The notes: a model not told the origin generated them from the sequence alone. A DNA stretch of 64,000 nt from an uncultured Bacteroidota bacterium (GCA_903944895.1 CAJATL010000052.1:973-64972); one strand, 5' to 3'. Shown: positions 8,333 through 19,125, counted from the stretch's first letter. Numbers and translations are program-made.

Positions 8333-10741
8333 CTAAAAAATCTTCGGATACTTAAATGGATTCACGCTGTGCATCAGGTTGTAAACAGTATCAAAAACAT
8401 CTTCGGCATTTGGGTTTGAAAAATAATCACCATCGGTCGAATAAGCCGGACGGTGCGCCTGGGCTGTGATCGTTTTTGGTTCAGCATCCAGATAAAAGAA
8501 TCCTTTTTGTTCTTCCAGAACCTGCTGCATCATAAAAGAGGTGGCGCCTCCCGGAACATCCTCATCAAAAAACACAATCTTGTTTGTCTTCTTGAGCGAT
8601 TCCAGAATGATGTGGTTAATATCAAAAGGCAGTAAGGATTGAACGTCGATTAATTCGATATCAATACCAAAATCGGACAACTGTTTTGCGGCATCGGCGG
8701 CAATATGAACGCATGAACCGTAAGTTACAAGCGTGAGGTCGGTGCCGGTTTTTAAGACTTCCGGAACACCGATTGGAATCCGGAATTCGCCGATATTTGA
8801 AGGCCGTGGCTCCCGAAGCCTGTAGCCGTTTAATGGTTCAATGATCAAAGCAGGGTCGTCGGAGGCAAGGATCGTGTTATAAAAACCTGCCGCCTGTGTT
8901 AAGTTACGTGGGACCAACACATGAACGCCGCGAACCGAATTTATCACCATACTCAGCGGCGAGCCGGAATGCCAGATTCCTTCGAGGCGATGGCCGCGGG
9001 TACAAACGATGAGCGGGGCTTTCTGTCCGCCTTTGGTACGATAGGTTAAGGTGGCAAGATCATCGCTCATTACCTGCAAAGCGTAAAGCAGGTAATCGAA
9101 ATACTGGACCTCGGCGATGGGCCGCAGGCCGCGCATGGCCAGACCAAGACCCTGGCCAACGATGGTGGCTTCGCGGATTCCGGTATCAAAAATCCGGATT
9201 TCGCCATATTTTTCCTGCAAACCTTCGTACGTCTGATTTACACCGCCAATCTTTCCAACGTCTTCACCAAAAGCAATTACACGGCTGTTATGTTCGAAAA
9301 TATAGTCAAAATTATCTCTCAGAATTTCGCGCCCGGGGACCGATTTGGTGTTGCTGTCAAATTTTGGAGGAACCGGAACGACCTTGAGTGCCGAAAACTG
9401 ATCTTCGCAATGAAGATGCGAACTGAAGCGTTCGCGGCTATCTTCCATATCTTTATCAAACCATTTGGTAACATTGGTTTTGAGCGAATTTTCGGGATTG
9501 CTGCACGAATTACAAATGAGCCGCAAAATCCGTTTTGCCTGCGACATGGTGTCTTTCCGGATGGGTTCGGCAACTTTGGCGAGATCTTCTTTGATGGCTC
9601 CAATCCTGTCGGTTTTTGAACAGTTGCAGGTGCTGATATCTACTATTTTCAGGAAATCGTCGCGTTTTTTCCGGAGCGGAAGCGTAAAATTATCCCAGGC
9701 TTTTTTACGCGCATCCTTGGCGCGTTTTGCGGATGAACTTTCGATCGAATCTAATTCTTCGGCTGATGCAATTCCGGCAGAAATAATCCATTCACGCATT
9801 TTCCTGATGCCGTCGAATTCTTCTTCCCACCTGAGCCTTTCAGCAGTTTTATAACGTTCGTGCGAGCCGGAAGTTGAATGTCCCTGCGGTTGCGTGACTT
9901 CGGTAACATGAAACAAAACCGGAATATGCTGCTCCCGGCAGATTTTAACGCCTTCGGCATAAACACGGCATAATTCGGGATAATCCCAACCTTTGACTTT
10001 ATAAATCAGGAAGCCGGGTTTTTCATCCGTTCTTTCAAAGCCGCTTAAGGCTTCCGAAATGCTGCTTTTGATAGTTTGGAAATCTCTCGAAACCGAAATC
10101 CCAAAACCATCGTCCCAAACCGACATGGCCATCGGAACCTGCAAAACACCGGCAGAATTCATGGTTTCCCAGAAAACACCTTCAGACGTACTCGAATCGC
10201 CGATGGTTCCAAAAGCAACTTCATTGCCGTTTACCGAAAACTGATCGGATGTTTTTAATGCAGGATTATTACGATAAAATTTTGAGGCAAAAGCCAGACC
10301 AAGCAAGCGTGGCATTTGTCCTGCTGTTGGAGAAACATCGGCCGAACTGTTTTTAATTTTTGATTGCGACATCCAGGTCCCGTCCCTGTTGATGTATCGC
10401 GTGGCAAAGTGATTGTTCATCAGCCTTCCGGCAGTTCCCGGATTAAAATCTTCATCGGTATCGCCGTAAAGCTGGGCAAAAAATTCTTCCAAAGTCATTA
10501 TCCCGGCTGCCAGCATAAAAGTCTGGTCGCGGTAATAGCCCGAACGCCAGTCGCCATGTCTGAAAACCTTGGCCATGGCCAGTTGCGGTATTTCTTTGCC
10601 ATCGCCAAAAATTCCGAATTTTGCTTTGCCGGTGAGCACTTCTTTGCGCCCCAGAATACTGGCCTGGCGGCTCTCGCAGGCAATACGGTAATCATCGAGA
10701 ACCTCGGTTTTATAATTTTCGGCAGCTTTATTATTCGACAT
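8333..10741 (-). CDS. Fused alpha/beta E1 component of a 2-oxoacid (branched-chain-type) dehydrogenase
   Basis: TPP motif GDSSTSEG..WETMN, GHSTSGSHERY, GEDVG..GGV, IREATIVG, transketolase-C domain. Confidence 0.93.
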   Translation of the reverse strand: MSNNKAAENYKTEVLDDYRIACESRQASILGRKEVLTGKAKFGIFGDGKEIPQLAMAKVFRHGDWRSGYYRDQTFMLAAGIMTLEEFFAQLYGDTDEDFNPGTAGRLMNNHFATRYINRDGTWMSQSKIKNSSADVSPTAGQMPRLLGLAFASKFYRNNPALKTSDQFSVNGNEVAFGTIGDSSTSEGVFWETMNSAGVLQVPMAMSVWDDGFGISVSRDFQTIKSSISEALSGFERTDEKPGFLIYKVKGWDYPELCRVYAEGVKICREQHIPVLFHVTEVTQPQGHSTSGSHERYKTAERLRWEEEFDGIRKMREWIISAGIASAEELDSIESSSAKRAKDARKKAWDNFTLPLRKKRDDFLKIVDISTCNCSKTDRIGAIKEDLAKVAEPIRKDTMSQAKRILRLICNSCSNPENSLKTNVTKWFDKDMEDSRERFSSHLHCEDQFSALKVVPVPPKFDSNTKSVPGREILRDNFDYIFEHNSRVIAFGEDVGKIGGVNQTYEGLQEKYGEIRIFDTGIREATIVGQGLGLAMRGLRPIAEVQYFDYLLYALQVMSDDLATLTYRTKGGQKAPLIVCTRGHRLEGIWHSGSPLSMVINSVRGVHVLVPRNLTQAAGFYNTILASDDPALIIEPLNGYRLREPRPSNIGEFRIPIGVPEVLKTGTDLTLVTYGSCVHIAADAAKQLSDFGIDIELIDVQSLLPFDINHIILESLKKTNKIVFFDEDVPGGATSFMMQQVLEEQKGFFYLDAEPKTITAQAHRPAYSTDGDYFSNPNAEDVFDTVYNLMHSVNPFKYPKIF

Positions 10742-10891
10742 GATTATTTGTTTTTATGAATGTTGAGTGTGGTCAAAAAACACTTTTGCGCTATTTAAAA
10801 AAAACCGACATCCGTCAAATGGCGGACTGATATGTTTTTGAGACCAAACTATTTGTTAGCAAGCAAAAGTAATAAAATAGAAACCGGAAAT

Positions 10892-10922
10892 AAAAATCCC
10901 GCTTTGTCGAAGCGGGATTTTT
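10892..10922. terminator. Intrinsic terminator (padR-pspC operon)
   Basis: aaaaatcccgctt-tgtcg-aagcgggattttt. Confidence 0.8.
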
Positions 10923-11004
10923 ACATTTAAATACTTGAAAATTAAAAAATTATTAGTCGTTTGGGCTTGTTAAATTATCTTAATGGCCCATAAAATCAGG
11001 AAGA

Positions 11005-12726
11005 TTAAATGCCGTTTGCATTTATTGAAAGGGTGCTGAGATTTTCGAAAATCACCATTTCAGGTAAATCGTTTTCAGGCATAACAAAATTTTGAGTTTT
11101 GCTTTGATCATCCTTTTTCTCGGCGCCTTCAACGTAGGGCATCAAACCATTTTCGGTCATAATATAAGTTTTGCCCGGATAATCGATGTTTTCAAAATTG
11201 CCGTAAGGATTATCAAAAAACAAATTTTCCATGTTCTGATTAAATTTAACAATCTGTCCTTCCGGAATTTCGATTACCATTTTAATTTGCTGTGCCCTGA
11301 TAATTTCGTTTTTTGGCAGCTTAAAATAGTTTGGCAAAATGAAGGTGGAATCGTTTGAATTTACCGGATAAAGGCACGCTTCCGCCCGACGCTCGGCTTC
11401 TTCCCGGTCGGAGCCTTTGGCATAACTCGTTACACCAATCTTTACCGCGTTTGTTTTCGATTTTGCAAATCTTATCTTTGGAAGACCATAAATCTGATAA
11501 TCATTTTCTTTAAAAATCACCTTCCATTCTTTATCAAAAATCTGGAAATGCGGCTCTTCTTCGCTGAAGGTGCTTTCGGGCAAACAATCAATATATAGCA
11601 CTTTGGCGGGTTTCAACGGCAATTCGTAATCTTTTGTCAGCCTTCCGGTGTGTCTGAAATCTCTTCCGGTGAAAACACCCACATATGCAGCTAATATCAG
11701 CCCGACCAGCCAAAAAGCAAGTGCCGTTCTGCCGAAATATTTAACCTTTGCCCTATTTCCAAGCATCAGCCTGAATCCTAGATAAATCATCAGAATAATA
11801 GGGATGCCCAAAAGCAAGGCTACCGAAACGATAGCGAGGAAAGTCATAAAATGGCTCGAAAAGATCATCTCTAAAAAAACAGGTATCGAAAAACCAATCA
11901 TTTCACCATTTTCAAAAAACGAGAAATCATATAAACCGGTGATTGTAGCCAGAAGTATAATCACAAAGGCAAAACCCGAAAGCATCAGAACAATTCCAGC
12001 CATCACCACAACAAATTTGAAGAAATACCCGATTATTGTCCCAATCAGGTTTATCAGGTTGTTGATGAATGTTTTAACGACCGGTCTCTTTTTGGTGACG
12101 ATTTCACCCGCTTCCTCGGCAAAATTATTTACCCTGCCTTTGATACCATCAAATTCATCCCGGATAGACCGCTCGATATTCGAGATGTTAACCTGCTCCC
12201 CCCGCATTTCGAGTTTTTCGGCGGTAGTGCGGGCTTCAGGAACTGCAATCCATAAAATGATATAAACGATAATCCCCGGGCCGTAAGATATAGCTGTGAT
12301 GAGGAACAATATTTTTATCCAAACCGGATCAATGTTAAAATATGCTGCAAGCCCGGTAGCAACACCGGCAATAGTTTTGTTGTCGGGATCGCGGTAAAGC
12401 CGTTTTGGGCGAGTTGGCTGATAATTTTTATCCATCGTTTCACGGCTGGTTTCGGTGTCGCCACTTTCATCAAAATCGGCAGGCTCGCCCATGTTTGCGA
12501 TTACCTCGTTGATATCTTCGATGGTGATTACCTGTTTACTTTCGTTTATTTTTCCCTGCAAAATCTCGGCAATACGCCCTTCGATGTCACCAATAATTTC
12601 ATCACGGCCATCAGATTTTGTAAAGTATCTTTTAATTCGGTCCATGTAGCGGCCAAGTCTTTCATACGCGTCGTCATCAATATGAAATATTATTCCGCTA
12701 ATGTTTACTGTTACTGTCTTTTTCAT
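11005..12726 (-). CDS. pspC: PspC-domain membrane protein (Bacteroidota type)
   Basis: MKKTVTVNISG..FHIDDDAY N-terminus; KRLYRDPDNKTIAGVATGLAAYF PspC domain; several TM helices. Confidence 0.9.
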   Translation of the reverse strand: MKKTVTVNISGIIFHIDDDAYERLGRYMDRIKRYFTKSDGRDEIIGDIEGRIAEILQGKINESKQVITIEDINEVIANMGEPADFDESGDTETSRETMDKNYQPTRPKRLYRDPDNKTIAGVATGLAAYFNIDPVWIKILFLITAISYGPGIIVYIILWIAVPEARTTAEKLEMRGEQVNISNIERSIRDEFDGIKGRVNNFAEEAGEIVTKKRPVVKTFINNLINLIGTIIGYFFKFVVVMAGIVLMLSGFAFVIILLATITGLYDFSFFENGEMIGFSIPVFLEMIFSSHFMTFLAIVSVALLLGIPIILMIYLGFRLMLGNRAKVKYFGRTALAFWLVGLILAAYVGVFTGRDFRHTGRLTKDYELPLKPAKVLYIDCLPESTFSEEEPHFQIFDKEWKVIFKENDYQIYGLPKIRFAKSKTNAVKIGVTSYAKGSDREEAERRAEACLYPVNSNDSTFILPNYFKLPKNEIIRAQQIKMVIEIPEGQIVKFNQNMENLFFDNPYGNFENIDYPGKTYIMTENGLMPYVEGAEKKDDQSKTQNFVMPENDLPEMVIFENLSTLSINANGI

Positions 12727-12753
12727 TTTTGAATGATTAAATTGATTTTCAAA

Positions 12754-13092
12754 TTAAGATTTAACAACTGTACTGATATTATCCACGGCATCAACCAGTT
12801 CGCGCCAGCCGACAACCATTTCCGTAAGCATGTTCTCACCAATTTCGGTGATCTTGTAGTATTTCCTGGGAGGGCCTGATTTTGACTCTTCCCACCGGTA
12901 ACTGAGGAGGCCTTCATTTTTGAGGCGCGTCAGCAAAGGGTACAGTGTTCCTTCGACCACAATCAGCTTCGATTCTTTGAGTTTCTCCAGAATATCCGAC
13001 GCATAAGCATCGTCAGTTTTGGAGATTATCGCCAGAATACAAAGCTCGAGTACTCCTTTCCGCATCTGTGATATGTTTTTTTCAGTATTCAT
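12754..13092 (-). CDS. PadR-family transcriptional regulator (likely start MNTEK at 13092)
   Basis: QMRKGVLELCIL, EGTLYPLLTRL, GPPRKYY.IT. Confidence 0.92.
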   Translation of the reverse strand: MNTEKNISQMRKGVLELCILAIISKTDDAYASDILEKLKESKLIVVEGTLYPLLTRLKNEGLLSYRWEESKSGPPRKYYKITEIGENMLTEMVVGWRELVDAVDNISTVVKS

Positions 13093-13422
13093 GCTGCAAA
13101 CATACAACAATTTTTAATACTATGCAATACATAGAACTAAAATTATTTACTTCCTATCCAATACATGATACTAAATTGGATTGTAAATAGCAGATAATAA
13201 ATTAATTACCATTTAATTTAGAACGAAAAAAAATTATGATGGATCCTGATAATATTTTATTCGACAAAATGATAAATTCTGCAATGAATTTCAAAAAGGA
13301 ATGTTTTAATCGGCTCAACTAACTGATTATAATTAGGATAGTGGCGAAATGAATTGGGTTTTGTCCATAAATGAGGTTAGTCTTAAAAGGCATCATAAAT
13401 TTACTAGAATGTGGCTAAAGCC

Positions 13423-13669
13423 CAAAGCTGTCAGGTTAAGTCCAGAATTCAGATTTTCCATAGCCCAAACCTTCAGGTTTGGGGTTTTAGGAATCTCCAA
13501 TACAACAAAGCCAAGGCGTTTACGCCTTTTTGCCCTTCATGCGATCCTTTTCAGATGAAGGTCGTAAACGACCTGATGTTTTTGGTTACTCAACTCCTAA
13601 CCCGGTGCTGAAGCACCGGGCTATGGAAACTTTTCCATGGCAAACGTCAAAATCATATCTTAAACTGAC
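13423..13669. mobile_element. MITE-like non-coding element, copy A
   Basis: Ends caaagctgtcaggttaag ... cttaaactgac; internal hairpins; homologous in inverse orientation to 50384-50670. Confidence 0.7.
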
Positions 13670-13815
13670 CTCATAAATCATAATTTGAATGAATTCTCCC
13701 AACCAAATTTCAACTGATCCACCAACAGGTTGACGAAATCCGGCAAAGTGAAATTACAACTCCTGGTTTTTTAAAAATCATACCTTCGCTATCATTTTCA
13801 ATATTGGAGATTAGC

Positions 13816-14931
13816 ATGAAAGCAAGATATTTTTTCGTTTGCCTGATATTGCAACTTTTTACTGCCGGTAGCCAGGCCCAGGATAACAAAACCTGGCCAT
13901 CGTTTCGGGGCAATCGAGCACTTACGGGAACCACCGAAGTTACGCTTCCCAATTCGATGAAGTTGTTGTGGTTGTTCCAGGCTGGTGATGCCATCAAATC
14001 ATCGCCAGTGATCAGCGATCAAAAAGTTTACATCGGTTGCGATGATGGACTGGTTTATTGTATTTCAAATGAAGGCGAGTTCCTCTGGAAATCCGGCACC
14101 GAAAGCTCTATCGAAGCGCCGCTGTTATTTCTCGACAACACCATTTTTGCCGGTAACCTCGAAGGAAAATTGCTCGCTTTTGAAGCCGGAAACGGGAAAA
14201 AGAAATGGGAATATCTCACCGACGGCCAGATTTCGGGGGCTTCAAACTGGGCATTTTCGGCTGATCGTAAAACGAAATACATCCTGACCGGCAGTTACGA
14301 TTATTTTCTCCACTGCGTGGATGCATCAACCGGAAAACTCATCTGGAAATACGAATCGAACAATTATGTCAACGGGTCAGCGGCCATCAATGACAAAACC
14401 GCCATCTTTGGCGGTTGCGATGGCTATCTTCACCTGGTGGATATTTTTAAAGGTGATACCATTTCAAAAATCAATATCGGAACTTACATTGCATCTTCGG
14501 TAGCGCTCGATGGCGGAAAAGCATATTTTGGCAACTATGATGGTGAGTTTTTTTGTGTTAATCTTTCGACCAAAGAAATTCTGTGGAAACACGAAAATGC
14601 CGGAGTTTTTGTGGCTTCGCCCTCTGTTTCGGCAGATGCTGTTGTGATTGGCTCACAGAATAAAAATTGCTATTGTTTTGATAAGAAGAATGGGAAATTA
14701 AGATGGACATTCAAGACCCTCGGTAAAATTAATGGTTCGCCTGTAATAGCCGGTAACCGCGTAATTTTTGGCTCAGTTGATGGCCGGGTTTATGTTTTGG
14801 ATTTGAAAACCGGTGAAAAAGTGTGGTCGTACGAAATTGGCAGCCCGATAAGCGGAACCCCGGCAGTAACAAAAGGATTAATTGTGATTGGCGCTGAGGA
14901 TGGTTCGGTTCATGCTTTTGGAGAAAAGTAG
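13816..14931 (+). CDS. PQQ-like beta-propeller repeat protein (BamB-like fold)
   Basis: Signal peptide, WPSFRGN motif, repeated SSP...GSxDGx.Y.LD..TG..xW blades. Confidence 0.88.
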   Translation: MKARYFFVCLILQLFTAGSQAQDNKTWPSFRGNRALTGTTEVTLPNSMKLLWLFQAGDAIKSSPVISDQKVYIGCDDGLVYCISNEGEFLWKSGTESSIEAPLLFLDNTIFAGNLEGKLLAFEAGNGKKKWEYLTDGQISGASNWAFSADRKTKYILTGSYDYFLHCVDASTGKLIWKYESNNYVNGSAAINDKTAIFGGCDGYLHLVDIFKGDTISKINIGTYIASSVALDGGKAYFGNYDGEFFCVNLSTKEILWKHENAGVFVASPSVSADAVVIGSQNKNCYCFDKKNGKLRWTFKTLGKINGSPVIAGNRVIFGSVDGRVYVLDLKTGEKVWSYEIGSPISGTPAVTKGLIVIGAEDGSVHAFGEK

Positions 14932-14942
14932 TGATGAAGTGG

Positions 14943-15133
14943 AATTCGACAATGGAAGAATGGAATGATGGAAGAAAGGAGGAATATGATAATTCGACAA
15001 TTCGACAATTCGACAATGGAAGAATGGAATGATGGAAGAAAGGAAGAATATGATAATTCGACAATTCGACAATGAGAAGAAAGGAAATTTGGAAGATTGG
15101 AATGTTGGAAAATTGGAAGATGGAAGATTGGAG
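14943..15133. repeat. Octamer-based tandem repeat with a 64-bp higher-order duplication
   Basis: aattcgac / aatggaag units; 14943 and 15007 start near-identical 64-bp blocks. Confidence 0.85.
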
Positions 15134-15147
15134 ACCCGATTGTTATG

Positions 15148-15226
15148 GGCGTTGCGCTCTAAACCTGGCTTCTGGCGCTTTACTCTACGCTCTTTGCGTT
15201 CTGCTCTCTGCTCTTTGCGCTATGCC
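15148..15226. repeat. Degenerate heptamer repeat (tgcgctc-like)
   Basis: gcgttgcgctct...tactctacgctctttgcgttctgctctctgctctttgcgctatgc. Confidence 0.6.
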
Positions 15227-15242
15227 TTAATTTATTATACAT

Positions 15243-16091
15243 ATGATCAAGTCACTTGGTAAAACGGATTTTGACACGCTATTTACTGCTTTTAATGCGG
15301 CTTTTCGGGATTATGAAATGCAGGTTAACAAGCACGAATTAAGCGTCATGCTCCAACGGCGGGGATTTAATGCTGAGTTGTCGTTTGGTGCTTTTGAAGA
15401 TGAAAAGCTGGTGTCGTTCACTTTTAATGGTACCGGCTTTTTTAACGGAATAAAAACAGCCTATGACACCGGTACCGGCACTTTGGAAGAATACAGAGGC
15501 AGAGGGCTGGCAACGCAGATTTTCGAATATTCGTTGCCATTTCTTAAACAAAACGGCATCCGGCAATACCTTCTCGAAGTTTTGCAGCACAACACCAAAG
15601 CCATTAATGTTTATAAAAAACTTGAATTCAAAGTCAGCCGGGAATTCAGCTATTTTGTGCAGGATGCTGATAAAGTGCTTGTAAACGCACACGTTTTACC
15701 TTCAAAATATGTAATTCAGGAAATTGATCTAAACCGAAAAGTTGAGATGGAGATGTGTCATGATTTTTTTCCTTCATGGCAAAACAGCTTTGAGGCAATT
15801 TTGCGGCGACCTGATGATTTTATTATCCTGGGTGTTTTTGATGACACCAGACTTGCAGGTTACGGAATCCCGGATCCCAATTCCGGCGACATCACCCAAA
15901 TTGCTGTAAGCAAAGATTACCGTCGGCAAGGTATTGGCTCAGGAATTTTTAATGAATTGCTAAAAGTCAACAAATTCAAAACTGTAAAAGCCGTAAATGC
16001 CGAAATTTCATGCGTCTCCATGAAACTGTTTTTCGAATCGAAAAACCTCCCCGAAAAAGGAAAACAGTTCGAGATGATCAGAGCATTATAA
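15243..16091 (+). CDS. Tandem-domain GNAT N-acetyltransferase
   Basis: Two acetyl-CoA motifs: EYRGRGLA and DYRRQGIGS. Confidence 0.88.
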   Translation: MIKSLGKTDFDTLFTAFNAAFRDYEMQVNKHELSVMLQRRGFNAELSFGAFEDEKLVSFTFNGTGFFNGIKTAYDTGTGTLEEYRGRGLATQIFEYSLPFLKQNGIRQYLLEVLQHNTKAINVYKKLEFKVSREFSYFVQDADKVLVNAHVLPSKYVIQEIDLNRKVEMEMCHDFFPSWQNSFEAILRRPDDFIILGVFDDTRLAGYGIPDPNSGDITQIAVSKDYRRQGIGSGIFNELLKVNKFKTVKAVNAEISCVSMKLFFESKNLPEKGKQFEMIRAL

Positions 16092-16280
16092 TTTCCCGAA
16101 ATTTGGGCCGGGTTTTATTCGGCTACTCAAAAAAACATCCGCCACCTTTATGCTTTAAAAGCTTAAAGATGGCGGATATTGTTTTTATCTTTTTGGAAAG
16201 ATAGTTTTCAACTTAGCGGAAAAGAACATAAGCACCGGTTTCAGGATACTTTTAAAATCCTCAATTCCGGTATTTTGCTT

Positions 16281-17015
16281 TTAAGCTAAAGCTTTTTTCA
16301 GGTCTTCAAATCTTTTTGAAACATCATTCCAGTTGATGACATTAAAAAATGCATCCACGTAATCGCCACGTTTGCTTTGATATTTCAGATAATAAGCGTG
16401 TTCCCATACGTCCAGAACAAGGACAGGATAAGTGATCCATTGCGACTGGTTCTGATGCTTTTCGGCTGACAAAACTACCAGTTTATCGGCGTGTGGCTGA
16501 TATCCCAGGATTCCCCAGCCTGAAGCTTCGACTGATTTTGAAGCTGCTTTAAAAAGTTTTTCAAAACCTTCATAAGAACCAAAATCTTTGCTGAGTTGGG
16601 CATCAAGGGCTGCGCTTCGTTTTCCCTGATCAGGGCTCATGTTGTTCCAGAAAATGGTGTGCAGAAAATGGCCGCTGCCATGAAATGCCAGTTCGCGCTC
16701 CCAATGTTTTACCATCCCGAAATCACTTTTTTCGATGGCTTCTTTAATCATTTTTGTGGCGGTATTCAATCCTTTTACATAACCGAGGTGATGAACGTCG
16801 TGGTGAAGTTTCATGGTTGCCTCATCAATATGAGGTTCCAGTGCATTGTAAGCGTACGGAAGTGGTGCCAGAACGTATTCACCGCTGGCATCGGTTAAAA
16901 CATCCATTTTATTGAAATCACCTGCAGCCGGAGGGGTTTTTCCAAATGAGGGTATTCCCATCAATCCTGCGGCACCAAGCGCAGCGCCTGTTTTTAAAAA
17001 TTCTCTTTTATTCAT
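16281..17015 (-). CDS. sod: Fe/Mn superoxide dismutase with Tat-like signal peptide
   Basis: LPYAYNALEP, LHHDVHH, GHFLHTIFW, DVWEHAYY; N-terminus MNKREFLK.GAALGAA. Confidence 0.92.
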   Translation of the reverse strand: MNKREFLKTGAALGAAGLMGIPSFGKTPPAAGDFNKMDVLTDASGEYVLAPLPYAYNALEPHIDEATMKLHHDVHHLGYVKGLNTATKMIKEAIEKSDFGMVKHWERELAFHGSGHFLHTIFWNNMSPDQGKRSAALDAQLSKDFGSYEGFEKLFKAASKSVEASGWGILGYQPHADKLVVLSAEKHQNQSQWITYPVLVLDVWEHAYYLKYQSKRGDYVDAFFNVINWNDVSKRFEDLKKALA

Positions 17016-17214
17016 TTTTTAGCAATTTTAAATTTGTTTTGTCATTTAAACAGCAAAGGCCGGGTATTGTTTAAGGAGTCGGAAGAAAAACCGTATTTGA
17101 AATTGTGGCGCTTTCAGGGTTGAAAGTGGATTGAAAAGTGGTTTTAGTTTTACATCATAATAATTTTATCTTTGATGTTTAATTTTTGTAATAGGATGAT
17201 AACATAAAAAATAG

Positions 17215-19125
17215 ATGGAAGCGTATTTTTTACACAGGTTAGAGACGATATTTAAAACTGTAAACGATAGGATTAATCCATTGTTCCTTTTTGGTTTTGT
17301 TCTCTGCATTTTCATCTCCGAAAACTCCTACGGTCAGCAATTTGAGAAGGGGTTTGAATTCGACAGCATTTACAGTAAAGGGATCGAAGTCCTTATTTCC
17401 AATCCCGATTTATCAAAACAATGCCTGAAAAAATTAGAAGATCATAAAAAGGAATTATCGCTTATTCAACAGGCACAAACCAATTATTTAAGGCTAAAGG
17501 TAATTTATGCCGATACCAATGCCGTAAAGGCGCTCGACAAGCGAATGTTTACAGCACCCGATTCGCTTGATCATACCGATGCCCTGATTTATTCTGCCCG
17601 GAAATTTCTCGAAAAATCGATGCCTGATAAAGCAATTCATTTACTGATGGAAGCCCTTGATACCTTACAACCAGGCTCCGAAAAAGCTGACTATTGCAGT
17701 ATAAATTTATGTGAAGCCTACCGGCAAAAGCAGGAGTACGCCAAAGGAATCGAAATGCTGAATGAGCTGTTGAACGGCAAAAAACCTGTAACCGATATTA
17801 ACAGGGCTTATGCTTACAACCGCCTTGCCGCCATTTACGACGAATGGGGAAGTAATAAATATAACATTGCCGATTCTGTCGAAAAATATTCTGTTCTTTG
17901 CATGGCACTATCCGAAAAAATAGGTAGTAAAGCAAACCTGGCATTGTCTCAAAACGAACTTTGCTATCGGTTATCGTTGGCAAAAAAATATGATAAAGCC
18001 CTTGAATTATCTTTGAAAGCCGTAAAGAATTTCGATGAGGCAGGGATGTTTTACAGTGAGATGAATGCATTGATTAATCTAAGTAATATTTATGTCGGGT
18101 TAAAGGATTATAAACTGGCTCTGCAGGCTGTTGTTGATGCCACAAATCTTTGTAATATCGAAGAAAACAGAAATCTTTTCATGCGATTGTACTTACAAAT
18201 GGCAATCATTTATAGTTATACCGGAAATTATAAAGATGCTTACGATTTTATGGCCTTAAGCCGCTCGCTTCTGGAAAATTTTTATCGGGACCGGATAAGC
18301 ACACAGATCAACGAACAATCGGCCAAATACGACCTGTTTACCAAGGAGCAGAAAATAAGGGAGGGAGAGCAAATAAATGAATTTCATAAAAAACAGTTGA
18401 TATTTCTTGTCATAATCCTGATTATCCTGTCCGTGGCATTTGTACTTAGCTTTTTTTATTTCAGGTTAAAGCGAAAAGATTTTATTAAGCAAAAACTCAT
18501 CGAAGCCGTTATTCAAACCGAAGAAAAAGAGCGCAAACGGATAGCCTCTGATTTACACGATGGGCTTGGGCCATTATTATCGGCAGCAAAACTCTATTTT
18601 CAGGCCTATATTGATGCCGAGGATAAAGCAGACATCGAATCGAGACTTATCAGCATTATTGATAGTGCCATCGACGACTCATCAAGGATTTCGCATAATA
18701 TCAGCCCCCATATTCTCGAAAAATACGGACTTAAGATTGCGCTCGAAAATTTTGTGAGCGAGATGAACATCGGTAAAAACACCAGGTTTGATATGTCGTT
18801 CGAAAAGATCAACCGTTTCGATCTGAAAGTGGAACTTACCATTTACCGGACAATCCTGGAACTCATCCATAACACGGTAAAACATGCAAAAGCAGCGCAT
18901 ATTTCGTTAAAGATTTTTGTATCCGAAGGCTTGCTAAATGTGCTTTACGCAGATGATGGCATTGGTTTTTTGGCAGAAGAGAAAATTGATGAAAAACAAG
19001 GGATGGGACTAAAAAATATCAAAAACCGGATTCAATCTTTAGAAGGAACTGTTATTTTTGATAACCGGCAAAGCGAGGGGATGAAAGCTTACATAAAAAT
19101 ACCTTATAAAGAAATTAATGGCTAA
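17215..19125 (+). CDS. TPR-containing sensor histidine kinase (HisKA_3 type); true start may be downstream
   Basis: Periplasmic TPR-like helices, TM, ERKRIASDLHDGLGP, ELIHNTVKHA, DDGIGF, GMGL.NI. Confidence 0.9.
   Translation: MEAYFLHRLETIFKTVNDRINPLFLFGFVLCIFISENSYGQQFEKGFEFDSIYSKGIEVLISNPDLSKQCLKKLEDHKKELSLIQQAQTNYLRLKVIYADTNAVKALDKRMFTAPDSLDHTDALIYSARKFLEKSMPDKAIHLLMEALDTLQPGSEKADYCSINLCEAYRQKQEYAKGIEMLNELLNGKKPVTDINRAYAYNRLAAIYDEWGSNKYNIADSVEKYSVLCMALSEKIGSKANLALSQNELCYRLSLAKKYDKALELSLKAVKNFDEAGMFYSEMNALINLSNIYVGLKDYKLALQAVVDATNLCNIEENRNLFMRLYLQMAIIYSYTGNYKDAYDFMALSRSLLENFYRDRISTQINEQSAKYDLFTKEQKIREGEQINEFHKKQLIFLVIILIILSVAFVLSFFYFRLKRKDFIKQKLIEAVIQTEEKERKRIASDLHDGLGPLLSAAKLYFQAYIDAEDKADIESRLISIIDSAIDDSSRISHNISPHILEKYGLKIALENFVSEMNIGKNTRFDMSFEKINRFDLKVELTIYRTILELIHNTVKHAKAAHISLKIFVSEGLLNVLYADDGIGFLAEEKIDEKQGMGLKNIKNRIQSLEGTVIFDNRQSEGMKAYIKIPYKEING

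Noticed and set aside
13349-13611. Short ORFs similar to the ORF at 50392-50721
   Set aside because: Similarity comes from the shared non-coding element; frames and strands are not preserved
14943-15133. Possible CRISPR array
   Set aside because: Units are low-complexity octamers with no unique spacers, and no cas genes are present
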